This document shows, piece by piece, positions 59,821 to 64,000 of a stretch of 64,000 bases of DNA. A program made the position numbers and the translations under genes. This stretch comes from Scyliorhinus canicula (lineage: Eukaryota). The number at the start of each line of letters is the position of its first letter. Position 1 is the first letter of the stretch. The notes under the pieces are model-generated. The model searched no databases and was not told the origin of the DNA. It worked only from the letters and a program-made list of their open reading frames with translations. The DNA is taken from contig NC_052147.1 of the NCBI RefSeq assembly GCF_902713615.1, positions 166,884,410-166,948,409 of the forward strand. The letters are read 5' to 3'.

Positions 59821-60253
59821 GGGCGGGATTATCCTCTACACGGCTGGGCGGAATCCTCCGCACCTTCAGGGGCTAGGCCGGAACCAGCAGGGTTGGCACT
59901 GTGCCAGCTGGCGCCGAAGGGCTCAGCTGGCCGGCCCGAGGAGCACCAGCGTGTGCTGGCGTCATCCCAGCGCATGCGAAGGGGGATTCTTCTCCGCGCA
60001 GGCCATGGCGGATCGTTACACCAGCCTGCATGGAGGGAAAGAGTGCCCTCATGGCAAAGGCCCACCCGCAGGCTGGAGAATCGCCGGGGAGGGGGGGAGG
60101 GGGGGGGAGGGGGGGGGGGGGAGGGGGGGGGGGGGGTGCTGCCAACGGCCCCTGACTGGCCACGATTCCCGCCCCTGCCGAAAAACCGGCACCGGGATTC
60201 ACGCCGGCCCCCGGCAATTCTCCGCCCTAGCGGGGGGTCGGAGAATCCCGCCC
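59821..60253. mobile_element. Harbinger-type MITE upstream of gene 3
   Basis: GGGCGGGATT...GGAGAATCCCGCCC with a perfect TSD ATT. Confidence 0.83.
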
Positions 60254-60544
60254 ATTCTAGAACCTTTCTCACCGTTTTTCACAGATGATCTTTCTGGCCT
60301 TGAACTCTTTGTCCTTGGGAAAACCACAGTGAGTCGCTCTTTTCCACAGCATTACTTTCTATTCTTCTATTTGTTATTTCACATAAACTGGCTCATTAAG
60401 CAAATCTGGGAGAATTCGGAGCCGGGACTGTTCCAGAAATATTTTGTTCAAATAACAATGAAAGTGAAATGACAATCAGAAGGGAAAGAATCACTAACAC
60501 ATCAGGCATCTTTCAGGTGTTTTGCTGCAATGAATACAACAGGC

Positions 60545-60633
60545 GTTTTGTTCAATTTTGCTGATTTTCAGCAATGACTCATTAGAATAACAAAGTACAG
60601 CCGACAGAGGTCTTTCTATCCAGCATATAAATA
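60545..60633 (+). promoter_or_regulatory. Gene 3 promoter: MARE-like palindrome, AP-1, Sox, TATA
   Basis: TGCTGATTTTCAGCA 60559-60573, TGACTCA 60575-60581, AACAAAG 60589-60595, TATAAATA 60626-60633. Confidence 0.7.
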
Positions 60634-60688
60634 CCAAACGGTGTGAAGCACTGAAACATTCAATTCCAAAACTAACGGTGAACTCAAA

Positions 60689-62035
60689 ATGGGCAAGGCA
60701 AGGACAGCTCAGAGTTTATATATGAATTAAGATTTGTCATTCATTTAACTCCTGATTTGAGAAATTATTAATTTCAGGCTTGTCCCTTTCCACAGATTAT
60801 CTTTTATGAGGACAGGAACTTCCAGGGTCGGCACTATGAGTGCAGCAGTGACTGTGCTGACTTGTCCCCTTACTTCAGCCGCTGTAACTCCATGCGTGTC
60901 ATGAGTGACTGGTGGGTGATGTATGAGAAACCCAATTACATGGGATACCAGTATGTTCTGAGCAGGGGAGAATATCCTGACTACCAACGCTGGATGGGAT
61001 TCAATGACAATATCAGATCATGTCGCTCCTACCCACATGTAAGTTACCTTTGCTGGTTTTAAATATAGCCTGGATGGATGAGTTGAAAATAACAAGTTAT
61101 TGGGCAGTTGAGTTTGTCAGTATAGACTGTGGAAACCCTTCTGCTATTTTCGCTAATGTTTTTTCTGTGGAACATCAAATATATTTTTGGAAATTCTAAT
61201 TCGTACAAATTATTGTCGTTAAATGATTTGTCACATGACAAGTGATTAGATTGAAATATTAAAGCCATGAAACCTGGACATGGGCCAAAGTTCAAACAGA
61301 ATGCAACAATATTATTATAAGTTGGTTCGCATTATTTAACCATTTAGGGCTAAAAGCCTTCTTGTTAGAATTATCTGTTTTGAATAAAAATATTCTTTTT
61401 GGTGAGGGTGAAAATGTTAGTACGTTTCGGCAGACAGTCGACTGAACTACAATGTTCTAAAACTCAGGAAGATAGAAAGACTGTCAGATCTCAATGTGGA
61501 ACAGAAATAAACATTGGTTTAAAAAGAACTCTTTGCTCTGTGTGGTCCAACTGGAATCCATCATGAATTTACTTTTCTGAAGGTTTCAGCATTTATCTGT
61601 AACAATTTGAATGAGAGATGCAAAGGAATTTAGTCAACAGATAATGAACTCCATTGTTCAGAAATAGCAGCTGCAACTCTTCATATCTTCCCTGCTCAAC
61701 AGAAGTATGTCTTTCTGAATGTTAAGCCCATCCCAAATATGCTTCTATTTCTATTACAGTACCGAGGTGGAAACTACAGAATGAGGATTTATGAGAGGCC
61801 TGACTTTGGAGGACAGATGATGGAATTCATGGATGACTGTCCATCTGTCTACGATCGTTTCCGTTACCGTGACATCCACTCCTCACATGTGATGGACGGT
61901 TACTGGACCTTCTATGAACATCCCAACTACAGAGGCCGACAGTACTTCATGAGACCCGGTGAATACAAGAGATACAGTGACTGGGGCGGCTACAACTCAA
62001 CTATCGGATCTTTCAGGCGCATGAGAGATTTCTAG
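60689..62035 (+). CDS. Gamma-crystallin (shark gamma-crystallin S-1-like), gene 3; 3 exons, 175 aa
   Basis: Exon 1 60689-60697 (MGK, GC donor), exon 2 60796-61038, exon 3 61760-62035. Reading frame is intact, AATAAA at 62085-62090. Confidence 0.95.
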
Positions 62036-62084
62036 ATTGTTTTTGACACATATGATTACTCTTTGTTGAAATATTCTTGAAAAT

Positions 62085-62090
62085 AATAAA
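62085..62090 (+). terminator. Polyadenylation signal of gene 3
   Basis: AATAAA about 50 nt after the stop. Confidence 0.7.
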
Positions 62091-62291
62091 ACTTCCTGTA
62101 AATCACAGTCATGGTTTTCATTTATTTTTGGATTGTTGTGGAGATCAATGGAAATCTTACGGAAATCTCAGTGTTCTCATATTCTCCATTTTACATCTGT
62201 AATCTCAGCTCATGAATAAACTTCATCTCCAATATGTAGATCTAGGAATGAACTTTGTCCATATCATTGATGATTTAATATATTGACTCTG

Positions 62292-62552
62292 TAGCACAGT
62301 GGTAGCACTAGGGACCCGGGTTCAATTCCCGGCTTGGGGCACTGTCTGTATGGAATCTGCAATTTCTCCCTGTGTCTGCGGGGTTTCCTCCGGGTGCTCC
62401 AGTTTCCTCCCAAAAGTCCCAAAAGGCATGTTATTAGGTGAATTGGATATTCTGAGTTCTCCCTCAGTGTTCCCGAACAGGTGCTATAGAGTGGCGACTA
62501 GGCGATTTTCACAGTAACTTCATTGCAGTGTTAATGTGTGTCTATTTGTGAC
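62292..62552 (+). mobile_element. V-SINE with the second tail type
   Basis: GGTTCAATTCCC B-box, V core and tail ..cacagtaacttcattgcagtgttaatgt. Confidence 0.75.
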
Positions 62553-62599
62553 ATCCAGCTTTAATGTGTTGGAGAACCTTTGTTGATATTACCCAGGAT

Positions 62600-64000
62600 C
62601 TAATTTATAGTTACTTTTGTAGAAATACTTTTGTTAAAGACAAATCGTGTTTATCTATGTTGATTGAGCTTTTTTGACAAAATATCAGACTGGATAGATG
62701 AGTTTTATGTTATTTTATCTGGACTACATGTATTTCCAAAGGGCGATTGAAAAGCTGTCACATATTAGGCATGCGAGCAAGATTGAAGCTAATGAAAGCA
62801 GAGGAAAAGTAGCAACATCCTCACAAAGTTGGCTCAGTGACAGGAAATATGGAGTAGGAGTGAACTACTACGGGCTACCTTATAGTGGGTGGCGCACATG
62901 GGTATCATGACCTCTGCTTTTCTTGATACATAGTGAGGAACTCAACTTAGTTGTACAGGGTGTAATTTCAGAATCTGCTGCTGACAGAAAACTGGGAAGT
63001 ATTTTAAAATGTGAGGAAGATAAGATAGACGTTAAGAACATAAAGGCAGGCTGGTGGAATGTGTAGACACAGGACCGATGAAATTCAGTTCAGAGAACAA
63101 TGGAGTGATTCATTTTGTTGGGTAGAATAAGCAGAGTAAATATAAATAGTCCAGTTCTAAAAGGGTACTCATACTGATATGTACACATATGCACAAACCG
63201 TTGAATATGACAGCACAGATTAAGCAAGTGGTTAAAAAGGCACAGGGGACCCTGAGCTTTCTTAAATGAGCAATGGAGAATAAAGGTAAGGGGCAGGATT
63301 CTGCGGCCTGCCACACCCATTTTTAGGTGTGGAGCACACTCGCCGGCAGTGGGATTCTCCCTCCAACAACCGGCCAATGGGGTTTCCCATTGTGGGCACC
63401 CTTACGCCGTTGGGAAACCCGCGGGAGTGAGTGCGCTGCCAGCGAAATGGAGGTTCCCACCGACGTAGAATCCAGCCCCGGCTTTATAAAGCACTGATTG
63501 GGTCTGGACTGAATTTGGGCTTCCAATTCTTGGTAGGGCACTTTAGAAAGGATGTAAAAGTTTTAGCAATGGTGCAGAAAAGATACAGGAGAATGGTTCC
63601 AAGCATGAGGGACTTCAGTTAGATGAATAGATTAGAGAAGCTGGGATTGTTCTCCTGAGAGAAGAGAAGGTTCAGAGATGATTTGATAGATGTTTTTAAA
63701 GTCCTGAGGGATCCAGACAAATTATATTGACACTGTTCCCTTTGGTGGATGAGTTGAGAAACAGAGGACACTAATTTAACCTGATTGGCGAAAAGAAATA
63801 AACATGAGGAAAAGCATTTTTAAACAGAGAGTGGTTCACATGTGGTGTGCATGACCTGACAGTGTGCTGGTGGGTTTCAAAAGGGAACTGTATAAGATCC
63901 TGAAGAGAATGAATTTTCCGGGCTATACATAATGAGAGGGCGCGTGGCAACTAATCATCATGATAGCCAAAAGTCCTCCTTCATCGCTGAAACCATTTTA
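62600..64000 (+). mobile_element. Very old CR1 LINE remnant with a small MITE at ~63291-63478
   Basis: YLDYMYFQRAIEKLSH and HFRKDVKVLAMVQKRYRRMVP remnants. Confidence 0.7.

Noticed and set aside
60712-60718. Alternative GT donor in intron 1 of gene 3 (and the equivalent in gene 2)
   Set aside because: Poor consensus (GA|GTTTAT), and it would add 16 nt and frameshift exon 2.

Overview
Vertebrate genomic DNA, almost certainly from an elasmobranch (shark). This is inferred from HE1/V-SINE-type SINEs, CR1 LINEs and shark-type gamma-crystallins. The window holds three intact three-exon gamma-crystallin genes of the shark 'gamma-crystallin S-1' type, each 175 aa: gene 1 (+, 8414-10505), gene 2 (-, 20594-22275) and gene 3 (+, 60689-62035). 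Genes 2 and 3 are divergent paralogues with GC-AG first introns and ~99% identical promoters. About 38 kb of repeats separate them, including a ~14.5 kb satellite of a 20-bp unit with nested higher-order structure, two Gypsy LTR elements, many GC-rich Harbinger-type MITEs, decayed Harbinger genes, and an apparently intact 2.1-kb Mutator (FLYWCH+MULE) DNA transposon with 113-bp TIRs and a 9-bp TSD. The three most notable observations are: (1) a Gypsy element whose primer-binding site is complementary to its own LTR across the poly(A) signal, suggesting tRNA-independent self-priming; (2) the intact Mutator element, a candidate horizontal transfer; (3) a promoter gene-conversion tract that ends at an old LTR-element insertion. 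All coordinates and identities were read by eye and no searches were run.
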